This document shows, one piece after another, positions 38,141 to 47,392 of a DNA stretch of 64,000 bases (positions within the stretch are counted from its first letter, which is position 1; each line of letters begins with the position of its first letter). The position numbers and the translations under genes were made by a program. Under the pieces are notes generated by a model. The model saw only the letters and a program-made list of their open reading frames with translations, did no database searches and had not been told where the DNA came from. The DNA comes from Deferribacterales bacterium (lineage in GTDB: Bacteria > Chrysiogenota > Deferribacteres > Deferribacterales > Geovibrionaceae), in assembly GCA_050253075.1 (NCBI GenBank), contig JBFWJS010000001.1, positions 480,001-544,000 on the forward strand, given 5' to 3'.

Positions 38141-39808
38141 CTATTTCTTTCTAACGTCTACAAAGTGGGTGTAATACACCAGACCTGTTTCAGAGTCCGT
38201 CAGTTTATGCTTTATGGCGTTGTTGGAGTAGCCCTCTTTCATCGGGATGTTTTTCCAGCACATTATGCACTTTTCCACTATGCCGTCGGTGACAAGAGCC
38301 TCTGTGGTGAATTCGCCCGCTTCGCCTGTCACGACAACATCGTCCCCTGTCTTCACGCCGATGCGCTTTGCGTCTGCGGGGTTCATATATGCCACCTGAA
38401 GCCCCTTTTCCATGCCGGGCAGTATCTGAGAGTTCAGATAAGCGTGATGGGATGAGGTGATGAGCTGTATCTTGTCGCTAACATCGGGCATCGTCAGGCT
38501 GAGTGTCTCTGTCTGATAATTTCTGGTTTGTTCGGGCTTTCGTGTAACGTCCTTTTCTTCCATTATTTTCAGCTTTATGCCCATTTTATCCGCCAGCTTA
38601 ACTGCTGCCTCGGAGTCGGACATGTCGCTCACCAGCTTTTCCCTTGTGTAGTAATGGGGGAAGAAGTAGCTCCCCATGAAGTCCTTCTGGCTGAACATGC
38701 CGCCCACTTTGACAAAGAGGTCTGCGTGTGCGGATGTTTCCGTATGGTTGGTGTCTATGACTATGCACTTCGTGCGGGAGAGCCCCTTTGTCCACAGGTT
38801 AGTATCGGGGAATGTCATGGCAGGGTTCGTCGCTGTGTTTATATACAGGTCGAATTCGCCGTCTGCGAGCACCTGTGCCACATTATCCACATGTACATAT
38901 CCGCAGAACTCAGCAGAAGGCTTTGTCCATCTTCTCTTTGAACTCTGACCGTGGAAGAGCAGATCCTGACAGTCGGTCTTAACGGCGAGCCGCTGTATCC
39001 ACTGATAGGCGTTCATGCCGTTTGTGTGTCTCTGTATGCCGAATCCCTGAATGTGAGCGCACTTCTCATTTCTGATGCAGTCCACCAGCATATCGAAATC
39101 AGCTTTGGACACTCCTGTCTGAGATATGAGCTCCGCAGGGTCGTAGCCTGATTCCAGCCCCAGTTCGCAGAGTATGGCGCATGCGAGCATACCGTCACAG
39201 CATGGTTTGATAGGTATGTATATGTCTGCCAGTTCGGCAGTTTTTGTCTTTACAGGGTCCAGGTAGATTATCTTCTTACCTTTCTTTTTCAGCTCCTTCA
39301 TATAAGCGTAAAAGTGCTGAGAGCAGACTGCGGCATTCTTTCCGTAGACGATTAGCGTGTCTGCCTTTTCAAGGTTTGTCACAGGCGGGTTGATGCACTC
39401 GCCGAAGTCTTTTTCGTGTGCGTCGGAGCCTGTGTTGTCGCAGGGGCCTCCCGTCACGCCATAGCAGTTCGGCAGATTCGCAAATGCGAGATCCCAGAAC
39501 ATCATATTATACGCAAGGCTGCCTGAGCCCCGCATGTAGAGTATCTTTTTATCTTTGTGCTGCAGAAGTGTCTGATACAGTTCTTCTACGGCCTCGTCGT
39601 CGGACAGCTCAATTTTCACCCCGTCTGTCACTTTATACGACTTGATACCGTTGTTGATCTCTCTCTCTGCAAACACTTTAAACTTAGAACAGACGAAGCC
39701 CGTCTTTGACCAATCCTCGGCAATGCCGGAAAATTTGTATGCCCCGTCAATAAGCTCTGCTTTAACACCGCAGAGGTCGGGACAGTCTTTGCTGCAAAAT
39801 AAATTCAT
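38141..39808 (-). CDS. Molybdopterin-dependent oxidoreductase (DMSO reductase superfamily), compact
   Basis: N-terminal CSKDCPDLC...C Fe-S motif, IDP/TKTAE.AD, NPA, TETSAHAD, C-terminal LNSQ...MNPADA molybdopterin-binding domain. Confidence 0.85.
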   Translation of the reverse strand: MNLFCSKDCPDLCGVKAELIDGAYKFSGIAEDWSKTGFVCSKFKVFAEREINNGIKSYKVTDGVKIELSDDEAVEELYQTLLQHKDKKILYMRGSGSLAYNMMFWDLAFANLPNCYGVTGGPCDNTGSDAHEKDFGECINPPVTNLEKADTLIVYGKNAAVCSQHFYAYMKELKKKGKKIIYLDPVKTKTAELADIYIPIKPCCDGMLACAILCELGLESGYDPAELISQTGVSKADFDMLVDCIRNEKCAHIQGFGIQRHTNGMNAYQWIQRLAVKTDCQDLLFHGQSSKRRWTKPSAEFCGYVHVDNVAQVLADGEFDLYINTATNPAMTFPDTNLWTKGLSRTKCIVIDTNHTETSAHADLFVKVGGMFSQKDFMGSYFFPHYYTREKLVSDMSDSEAAVKLADKMGIKLKIMEEKDVTRKPEQTRNYQTETLSLTMPDVSDKIQLITSSHHAYLNSQILPGMEKGLQVAYMNPADAKRIGVKTGDDVVVTGEAGEFTTEALVTDGIVEKCIMCWKNIPMKEGYSNNAIKHKLTDSETGLVYYTHFVDVRKK

Positions 39809-39898
39809 AAGGTGATTATCCTCCGACAGATAATAAAATCAATGATTTTTGTATGTAAAATGTGTAAAGTAGTTCTAGTTAATCGGAGGTAGATAATC

Positions 39899-40387
39899 AT
39901 GGCATCATTCGACGTTGTAAATGAACTGGACCTTCAGGAACTCGACAACGCTGTTAACCTTGTGCGTAAAGAGGCAGACAGCAGATACGATTTCAAAGGG
40001 ACTGATACAGAGATAGAGCTGAATAAAAAGGATAAGATCGTCAAAGTGGTCACAGGCGACGACATGAAAGTGCAGGCCATCAAAGAGATGATGATAAAGC
40101 ACGCCGTAAAGCGCGGCATCGACGGCAGAGTGTTTGAGTTCACCGAGCCGGAGAACACTTCAAAAGGAGCCCGTAAATTTGAAATAAAAGCTATCGAAGG
40201 GCTTGGTAAAGACAACGCTAAAAAGATAGTGAAGATGATAAAAGACCTTAAGCTCAAAGTGAACGCTTCCATCATGGACGACAGAGTCAGGGTCGAAGGT
40301 AAAAAGATCGATGAACTGCAGAGTGTCATACAGATGCTGAAAGCATCCGATATGGATGTTCCGCTCCAGTTTGTAAACATGAAATAG
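39899..40387 (+). CDS. yajQ: YajQ family nucleotide/c-di-GMP-binding protein
   Basis: SFDVV..DLQELDNA, RYDFKG, RVEGKKIDELQ, PLQFVN. Confidence 0.93.
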   Translation: MASFDVVNELDLQELDNAVNLVRKEADSRYDFKGTDTEIELNKKDKIVKVVTGDDMKVQAIKEMMIKHAVKRGIDGRVFEFTEPENTSKGARKFEIKAIEGLGKDNAKKIVKMIKDLKLKVNASIMDDRVRVEGKKIDELQSVIQMLKASDMDVPLQFVNMK

Positions 40388-40442
40388 TAATTTAAACAAA
40401 TTACCAGTATTTACATTATATTTCAAATAAGTCTCTGATATT

Positions 40443-40499
40443 AAAGTCATACTAATTTTATAATTATTAGTATGACTTTTTCTTTTTACCTGTTATAAT
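40443..40499 (+). promoter_or_regulatory. Perfect 14-bp inverted repeat overlapping the -35 region of an extended -10 promoter of fic
   Basis: AAAGTCATACTAAT-N9-ATTAGTATGACTTT (40443-40479); TGTTATAAT at 40491-40499. Confidence 0.75.
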
Positions 40500-40524
40500 A
40501 ATTAAAATAGCAATTGAGGATTAA

Positions 40525-41868
40525 GTGAAAATACCTTTAACGCCTCCTGTTTGCACTGAGATTATGACCTCAGAGTTTTTTAATAAAATGATGAAGTCAG
40601 GGGTGAATGTCACAGATGCAAAGGGCAGATATTTACACTGGGATAAAATGAGACATGCCGTACCTCCTGAGGGTTTTTCACCTGAAGAATATTGGTGTGC
40701 AGTAAAATTCTTGCGTAGCCTGAGAGAGGTCAAACTTCCTATTCTTAGTAAAGAGCATGCAAACTTTGGGTATGTGAATATTGATTATATCTCAAGAGAG
40801 CTCCATTGGCTTGATCAGCACTCTTCCGGCATAATTGAAGGGCCGGAAATATTTAAAAACAAGCGCAGTAAGAAGAAGTTTCTGGTTGGGACATTAATAG
40901 AGGAAGCATTCAGGTCGAGCCAGCTTGAGGGAGCATCAACCACAAGGAGTCGGGCAAAAGAAATGATCCTGCGTAAACAGGAACCTGAAACTATTAGTGA
41001 CAGAATGGTTTATAACAACTATTCGGCAATGGAGTATATAAAAGATATAAAAGACGAACCGCTATCTCTAAACCTCATGAAGGAGATACATAGTGTCATA
41101 ACAGACGGAACGCTTGAGAATAAAGCGTATGAGGGAGCTTTTAGAGACCATAATGACATACGTGTCGAAGATAAGAATGACCACACGGTTCTTCACACAC
41201 CTCCTAGCTATCATCTTTTAGAAGAACGTCTGGGTGCAGTATGTGATTTTATAAACCATGATGACACAGATAAGTTTGTTCATCCGGTACTTAAAGCGAT
41301 TATTCTGCATTTTATGATAGGGTATGAACATCCTTTTGAAGATGGTAACGGGCGTACTGCAAGAGCTCTGTTTTATTGGTTTTGCATGAAGCACGGGTAT
41401 TGGCTAATGGAGTTCTTGTCTATATCAGGTGTAATAAAAGAAGCTCCGATAGCATACTCAAAGGCATATCTGTATACCGAAAACGACGGTAATGATCTGA
41501 CTTATTTTATATTGCATCAAATCAGCGTTGTCAGAAAGGCAATTGAGAATATGATGTCGTATATAAAGAGCAAATCTGAGGAATCGGGTGAGCTCGAGGA
41601 AATGCTCGTCGAAAATAACATACGGCATCATTTCAACAGCAGGCAGCTGGCTCTGCTTCGTCATATGTTTCAGAATAGCGACTATAATTATTCAATATAC
41701 GAACACCAGAGCTACCATAATATTACATACCAGACAGCCAGAAGCGACCTGTTAAAGCTGAGTGATGAGCTCAAGCTCCTCAGAAAGGTTAAGCTAGATA
41801 GCAAAACCTATATTTTCATCCCATATAAAGATCTGAAAGATAGGCTTCAAAATTTAAATAAACAGTAA
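40525..41868 (+). CDS. Fic family protein with C-terminal winged HTH
   Basis: HPFEDGNGRTAR; internal SSQLEG inhibitory-type motif; TYQTARSDL..L HTH-like tail. Confidence 0.93.
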   Translation: MKIPLTPPVCTEIMTSEFFNKMMKSGVNVTDAKGRYLHWDKMRHAVPPEGFSPEEYWCAVKFLRSLREVKLPILSKEHANFGYVNIDYISRELHWLDQHSSGIIEGPEIFKNKRSKKKFLVGTLIEEAFRSSQLEGASTTRSRAKEMILRKQEPETISDRMVYNNYSAMEYIKDIKDEPLSLNLMKEIHSVITDGTLENKAYEGAFRDHNDIRVEDKNDHTVLHTPPSYHLLEERLGAVCDFINHDDTDKFVHPVLKAIILHFMIGYEHPFEDGNGRTARALFYWFCMKHGYWLMEFLSISGVIKEAPIAYSKAYLYTENDGNDLTYFILHQISVVRKAIENMMSYIKSKSEESGELEEMLVENNIRHHFNSRQLALLRHMFQNSDYNYSIYEHQSYHNITYQTARSDLLKLSDELKLLRKVKLDSKTYIFIPYKDLKDRLQNLNKQ

Positions 41869-41905
41869 TCACCTGATGTTGTTTCGGTGTAACTATCTTA
41901 TAAAT

Positions 41906-41940
41906 AAGTCGTACTAATTTTAATCGTATTAGTATGAGTT
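41906..41940. repeat. Second copy of the fic-flanking palindrome
   Basis: AAGTCGTACTAAT-tttaatcgt-ATTAGTATGAGTT; arms differ from 40444-40478 by one base each. Confidence 0.85.
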
Positions 41941-43399
41941 ATTTTAACATCTTCTGCAGTGAGTCCCTCACGGTTTTCAGCACTTCCACCCTTGCGTATC
42001 TTTTATCATTAGCGGGGATGACGACCCACGGCGCATTCGGCGTATCGGTTTTGAAGAACATCTCGTTATACGCTTCGACATATTCGGGTGTTCGGTCACG
42101 GTTTCGATAGTCTTCCTCTGTTATCTTATGCTGTTTCCACGGGATCTCTTCACGCTGTTCGAAACGGCTGAGCTGTTCCTCGGGCGATATATGCAGGAAA
42201 AATTTCAAAAGCATCACGCCTCTGTCTGCGAGGTGTGCTTCGAAGGCGTTTATTTCGTCGTATGCTCTGAACCACTCCCCCTGTTTTGCGTATCCCTCTA
42301 TCCTCTCCACGAGTACACGCCCGTACCACGAGCGGTCGAATATGCTGATGTGCCCTGCCCTCGGCACCTGGCGCCAGAAACGCCAGAGGTAATGCCGTGA
42401 AAGCTCCTCCTGTGTGGGGGCTGCTATGGATATCACCTTTGACAGGCGCATGTCTATGGCCCGGAGCAGCCGCCTTATGCATCCGCCCTTGCCCGCTGCA
42501 TCCCAGCCTTCGAATACCAGCATAGAGCTTATCTGTTTTTCATACGCTTCCCATGCGAGGGGCTTTATTTCGGTGACAAGGTCTGCGAGCTCTTTTTTAT
42601 AGTCGCCCACGGTTTTGCCCATGTCGAGGCTGGCGAGCTTATCGGGGAAGGTGATGCCGTTTGCGTTCACTGTGGCGCTTTTCGGCATTAAGCCGTCCAG
42701 AGCCTTTTTCATGGCGTCCAGTATCACCTGCAGGAATCTCAGCTCTCTGTATCGTTTGTCTGTGCAGTCGATTATCTCCCACGGGGCGAACTCTGTGTGG
42801 GTGTATTTATACGCGGTCTCTGCGGAGTCGACTATCTTTTCATATCTGCTGTAATACCAGTTGGCACGTTCGGATATCTCTTTGGTTTTGTCGAATTTCT
42901 TTTCGAGCTTTTCGTGGCGTTTCTTCTGCTCTTTCTTTGAGATGTGCGCCCATATCTTTATGATGACAGTGCCGTCGAGGGCGAGCATCTTTTCAAAGTC
43001 TGCCGCCTCTTTCAGCTTTGCGATGTATGCTTCGTCTGAGTCTTCGCCGTCGATGTGTTTGCGGATACATCGTTCATACCATCCGTTGAAATATATGCCG
43101 AGCTTCCCGCCCATAGGCATAGCATTCCAGAACCGCCAGTAATAGGGGCGTTCGGTCTCTTCGCTCGATTCCTGCCAGAAGGTGTTCACCTCGAGCAGGC
43201 GAGAATCCATAACGTCCGCCAGAGCATTTGCCATCTCGCCTTTTCCCGCTCCGTCGAGCCCGGTGAGCACGAGCAGCATAGGACGCTTATATTCCTTGAA
43301 CTTATACTGAGTGCGGATAATGTCTGTACGCAGCTCCAGAAGCTGTTTTTCATAGTCTTCTTTAGATATTTTACCGTCCGGTTTGAAGTCTTCGAACAT
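41939..43399 (-). CDS. pap: Polyphosphate:AMP phosphotransferase (two-domain PPK2)
   Basis: Two PPK2 domains: GLDGAGKG and EGWDAAGKGG, FDRSWYGRVLVERIEG. Confidence 0.9.
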   Translation of the reverse strand: MFEDFKPDGKISKEDYEKQLLELRTDIIRTQYKFKEYKRPMLLVLTGLDGAGKGEMANALADVMDSRLLEVNTFWQESSEETERPYYWRFWNAMPMGGKLGIYFNGWYERCIRKHIDGEDSDEAYIAKLKEAADFEKMLALDGTVIIKIWAHISKKEQKKRHEKLEKKFDKTKEISERANWYYSRYEKIVDSAETAYKYTHTEFAPWEIIDCTDKRYRELRFLQVILDAMKKALDGLMPKSATVNANGITFPDKLASLDMGKTVGDYKKELADLVTEIKPLAWEAYEKQISSMLVFEGWDAAGKGGCIRRLLRAIDMRLSKVISIAAPTQEELSRHYLWRFWRQVPRAGHISIFDRSWYGRVLVERIEGYAKQGEWFRAYDEINAFEAHLADRGVMLLKFFLHISPEEQLSRFEQREEIPWKQHKITEEDYRNRDRTPEYVEAYNEMFFKTDTPNAPWVVIPANDKRYARVEVLKTVRDSLQKMLK

Positions 43400-43469
43400 G
43401 TGCTCCCCCTGAAATAATATATGTGGTTATGAACTATAAAATATTATAACATAAGGACAGAGGAAATAT

Positions 43470-44216
43470 ATGATAGGTGCAGGTTTAGCAGTATCAGTTT
43501 TTTTCATTTTCGTCCTTGCCGTCTCTCATAAAAGAGGCATGGGGCTCGAAAAGCAGATAGGCATAGCGGGCATCCGCTCTGTTTTGCAGATGTTCGCCAT
43601 GGGTTTTGCTCTGGAATACATCTTTAAGCTGCAGAGTGCGTGGCATGTGCTTTATTTCGCTGCTTTTATGGCTGTTTTCGCAGCCTATACGGCAAATGCC
43701 CGTCTGGATATGAACTGTAAATGTTTAAAACGTGCGTTTTTTGCGATATATGTGCCGACACTGCTCGGTATGCTCCCCGTTTTCCTTTCGGGGGCTGTCC
43801 CTGTGAAGATGAGCGCAGTGCTCCCCATCGCAGGTATGGCTCTGGGTAACTGTATGAATGCATACACCCTCACCCTTGACCGACTGCTGGCAGAGAGTAA
43901 GGGCAGGCTGGCGACCATTGAGGGGATGCTCGCCCTCGGGCTGAATATGAAGACGGCAATGCGTGATGCGGTGAATACATCCATCAAGGCGGCTATGAAA
44001 CCGATACTGAACAACATTGCTTCCCTCGGCGTGGTTCTTCTGCCGGGGCTTGCTACGGGTCTTCTGATAGCAGGGGTGAAGCCTATCACTGCTGTGGTTT
44101 ATCAGCTGGTGATAATGTATATGATAATGTCTGTGAATGTGCTTTCGTCCCTTATCGCCTGCAGGATGTTTACTTTGCGGGTGCTGATGGATGCGGCCAG
44201 TGAGGATAGAGGATGA
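43470..44216 (+). CDS. FetB/YbbM (UPF0014) family membrane protein
   Basis: RSVLQ, PIAGMALGN.MN, LGVVLLPGL..GLLIAG..P..AV.YQ. Confidence 0.85.
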   Translation: MIGAGLAVSVFFIFVLAVSHKRGMGLEKQIGIAGIRSVLQMFAMGFALEYIFKLQSAWHVLYFAAFMAVFAAYTANARLDMNCKCLKRAFFAIYVPTLLGMLPVFLSGAVPVKMSAVLPIAGMALGNCMNAYTLTLDRLLAESKGRLATIEGMLALGLNMKTAMRDAVNTSIKAAMKPILNNIASLGVVLLPGLATGLLIAGVKPITAVVYQLVIMYMIMSVNVLSSLIACRMFTLRVLMDAASEDRG

Positions 44217-44824
44217 CACTTTTTCAGCTTCTGGATTTTACGGGAACTGTTGCCTTTGCCGCTTCGGGGGCTATCGCAGGTGCCAGGAAGCACCTCGACC
44301 TGTACGGCATATGCTTTCTGGCTATTATAACTGCCGTCGGCGGCGGTACGGTGCGTGATGCTCTTTTGGGGCGTGTGCCTCCGTTCTCTTTTACGGATAT
44401 CACATACTTCCTCCTTTCCGTCATCACTGCCATTGTGATATTCGCATTTTATAAACAGATGAAGAAGACATACTCCACTCTTGTCTGGATGGATGCTCTG
44501 GGGCTCGGCGTTTTTAACGTTATCGGCCTGCGTGTGGCTCTGGACAGCGGTGTGGGATACTTCGGCGCTGTGTGCTTCGGTGTTATCACCGGCACAGGCG
44601 GGGGTATGATGCGTGATGTCCTCATCGGAGAGATTCCGTTTGTACTTAAAAAGGAGGTCTACGCTACTGCATGTATCGTTGCGGGGCTTCTTTTTTGTTT
44701 ATTACATTACCTTCAGGTTAACATGCAGGTTAACATGGCTGTGTCTTCATTCGTGCTCTTTGCGGTGCGGATGTATACCTTTAAAAAACATATCCACATC
44801 CCAAAGATAGCCCACGCAGACTAG
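44213..44824 (+). CDS. Trimeric intracellular cation channel (YadS/UPF0126) family protein
   Basis: GTVAFAASGA, TAVGGGTVRD, DALGLG, TGTGGGMMRDVL. Confidence 0.9.
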   Translation: MTLFQLLDFTGTVAFAASGAIAGARKHLDLYGICFLAIITAVGGGTVRDALLGRVPPFSFTDITYFLLSVITAIVIFAFYKQMKKTYSTLVWMDALGLGVFNVIGLRVALDSGVGYFGAVCFGVITGTGGGMMRDVLIGEIPFVLKKEVYATACIVAGLLFCLLHYLQVNMQVNMAVSSFVLFAVRMYTFKKHIHIPKIAHAD

Positions 44825-44838
44825 TTCAGATGAGGGAT

Positions 44839-44905
44839 GTCATCCTGAGCAGGGCGAAGGATCCGCAGTAACAGATTCGTCACTCACACCTTCGTTCAGA
44901 ATGAC
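44839..44905. repeat. REP-like inverted doublet (GTCATCCTGAG subfamily)
   Basis: GTCATCCTGAGCAGGGCGAAGGATC ... AGATTCGTCACTCACACCTTCGTTCAGAATGAC. Confidence 0.75.
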
Positions 44906-44927
44906 GCCACAGCATCGTTAGTCGGGG

Positions 44928-44956
44928 TTGTATTTTTGGTGATAGTTATTTAGAAT
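44928..44956 (+). promoter_or_regulatory. Sigma70 promoter giving a probably leaderless rnj mRNA
   Basis: TTGTAT-17 nt-TAGAAT-6 nt-ATG; no Shine-Dalgarno. Confidence 0.65.
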
Positions 44957-44962
44957 AATCCT

Positions 44963-46600
44963 ATGAACTGTTCTATTTCTTTTTTAGGCGGTGTCGGCGA
45001 GATAGGCATGAACATGTATGTCTACGAGACCGAGGAAACTGCCATTATCGTTGATTGCGGAGTTATGTTCGCGGATAACAACTTTCCGGGGATCGATTAT
45101 GTCATCCCTGATTTCGAGTATCTCGACAGCATCAAACACAAGCTGAAAGCTGTTTTCATAACACACGGCCACGAAGACCACGTCGGCGCAATGCCTTTCC
45201 TCCTGCGTGCATTTAATCTGCCCGTATACGGAGGCAGGCTGTCTCTGGGCATACTGGAGCAAAAGCGCGGTGCGAAGAAGGTCTCGCCTGATCTGCGCCC
45301 TATGAGGGCAAGGCAGGAGGTCACCGAGGGGGATTTTACCGTTAAGTTTCTCCCCGTTACGCACTCCATAAGCGACACATATGCGCTTTATATCAAATGC
45401 GGCGATTTCTCTGCTCTGCACTGCTCGGATTATAAGATCGACCAGTCACCTGCAGGGGGAGAGCCTTTTAACCCTGCGGATTTTACGGCACTTGCAAAGG
45501 AAAACCTGACGGCGCTCCTAGTGGACAGCACAAACGCCATGAACGAAGGCTTCACACAGTCGGAATCCAGCATAAAGGCAGACCTTAAAAAAGTATTCAA
45601 AAACGCTACGGGAAGGATATTCTTCACCAGCTTTTCATCAAATATAGACAGATTCCGCCAGATACTGGACATTGCCCGTGACTGCGGGCGTAAAGTAGTG
45701 CTGGAAGGGACTGCCCTCGACAGGAACGTATCCATTGCGAAATCACTCGGATACATCGACCTCCCCGAGGACCTCATCGTCACACTCAGGACAGCGAAGA
45801 AGCTCCCCGACGATCAGGTGTGCTACATCATCACAGGCTGTCAGGGGGAGACAAACTCCACCCTTTACCGCATAGCCTCGGGCGAGCGTAAAGACCTCAG
45901 CATCAGAGAGGGCGACCTGTTCGTTATCTCCGCAAGGGTAATTCCCGGGAATGAAAAGAACCTTATCAACCTGATAAACCTGATATATAAAGCGGGCGGA
46001 AAGGTTGTGGATATAGGCAAGAGCCGCATACATGTTTCGGGGCACGCCTCTCAGGAGGAGATAAAGCTGATGGTGAACTTCACCAGACCGAAATATGTCA
46101 TACCCGTACACGGCGAACCGGTACACATGATAACCCTGAAAAGGATGCTGAAAGACACAGAGTTTGTGAAACCTGAGAATGTTGTTCTCGTGGAAGACGG
46201 CAAGAAGGCAGTCTTCGAAGGGAGCAAAATGGTTAAGACCACGGATGTTCCCCACGGGAAGGTGTTCATCGACCTTCGTGGGCATTTTGTCATGGACGAG
46301 GATTCTGTCAAAGACAGGAAACACATGTGCCGTGACGGTGCCGTGTCTGTTGTCGTGCTGAAAAAACCCGACGGGACATACATCCTGCCTCCGTTTGTGG
46401 AGACGGCAGGGTTCGACCTTGAGAGCAATCAGATGATGGCTTTACAGGATTTCCTCGCCAGTCATCTTCATGAACTGCTGAATGATGACGATTATGACTA
46501 TCTGGACCTGAAGGGCGGGCTTTCGAGGCTGACCCGCAGGTTTTTCAAAAAGACTCTCGACAGGAGACCGCTCGTGATACCTGTCGTGACGGAGATATAA
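44963..46600 (+). CDS. rnj: Ribonuclease J
   Basis: LGGVGEIGMN, THGHEDHVG, VTHSI, HVSGHAS, PVHGE. Confidence 0.95.
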   Translation: MNCSISFLGGVGEIGMNMYVYETEETAIIVDCGVMFADNNFPGIDYVIPDFEYLDSIKHKLKAVFITHGHEDHVGAMPFLLRAFNLPVYGGRLSLGILEQKRGAKKVSPDLRPMRARQEVTEGDFTVKFLPVTHSISDTYALYIKCGDFSALHCSDYKIDQSPAGGEPFNPADFTALAKENLTALLVDSTNAMNEGFTQSESSIKADLKKVFKNATGRIFFTSFSSNIDRFRQILDIARDCGRKVVLEGTALDRNVSIAKSLGYIDLPEDLIVTLRTAKKLPDDQVCYIITGCQGETNSTLYRIASGERKDLSIREGDLFVISARVIPGNEKNLINLINLIYKAGGKVVDIGKSRIHVSGHASQEEIKLMVNFTRPKYVIPVHGEPVHMITLKRMLKDTEFVKPENVVLVEDGKKAVFEGSKMVKTTDVPHGKVFIDLRGHFVMDEDSVKDRKHMCRDGAVSVVVLKKPDGTYILPPFVETAGFDLESNQMMALQDFLASHLHELLNDDDYDYLDLKGGLSRLTRRFFKKTLDRRPLVIPVVTEI

Positions 46601-47392
46601 ATGACGATAACTTCGGCGATACTGCTGGGTATTATACAGGGGCTGACAGAATTCCTCCCCGTGAGCAGCTCAGGGCACCTTGTCCTTGCGCAGTCGCTCA
46701 TGAAGGATTTTCAGCAGCCAGGCATGCTTTTCGACACGCTCCTCCACGGAGCGACACTCGGCGCAGTGGTCGTATATTTCCGCAGACGCATAATAGAGCT
46801 GGTGCTCACCCCTATGGGGCTGCTCAGCAATGATTATAAGATAATCTACTTCGAGAACAAACGCTTCTGGTGGGGGATAATAGTAGCCACCATCCCGACG
46901 GGCATAATAGGGCTCGCTCTGGAGAGCAGGGTCGAGGGTGTTTTCTCCACTCCTGCATTCGTGGGCTATTTCCTCATCGTCACATCCCTTATGCTCCTTA
47001 TATCAGACAGATATAAAGGGGGCGGTCAGGTGACGGGCATAACTGCATTCATCATCGGCATAGTGCAGGGGCTCGCAGTTATCCCCGGGATATCTAGAGC
47101 CGGTGCGACAACAGCCACGGGGCTGTGGCTCGGCATAAAGCGTGAGGAGATGGCGGAGTTCACATTCCTCATGTCCATACCTGCCATAGTAGGGGCTATC
47201 ATTTTACAATCTAAGCATATGTCTGCCGTGCCTGCGGGCGAGATGACGGCATACATTGCCGGAATGATAGCGGCATTTATAAGCGGATTCTTCGCCATAG
47301 GTTTTATGGTGTATTTTATAAAAAGGGCAAACCTTAAAGCATTTGCGCTTTACTGCCTGATAGCAGGGATAACAGCTATAATATGGATGTAG
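46601..47392 (+). CDS. uppP: Undecaprenyl-diphosphate phosphatase
   Basis: QGLTEFLPVSSSGH, PGISRAG. Confidence 0.95.
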   Translation: MTITSAILLGIIQGLTEFLPVSSSGHLVLAQSLMKDFQQPGMLFDTLLHGATLGAVVVYFRRRIIELVLTPMGLLSNDYKIIYFENKRFWWGIIVATIPTGIIGLALESRVEGVFSTPAFVGYFLIVTSLMLLISDRYKGGGQVTGITAFIIGIVQGLAVIPGISRAGATTATGLWLGIKREEMAEFTFLMSIPAIVGAIILQSKHMSAVPAGEMTAYIAGMIAAFISGFFAIGFMVYFIKRANLKAFALYCLIAGITAIIWM

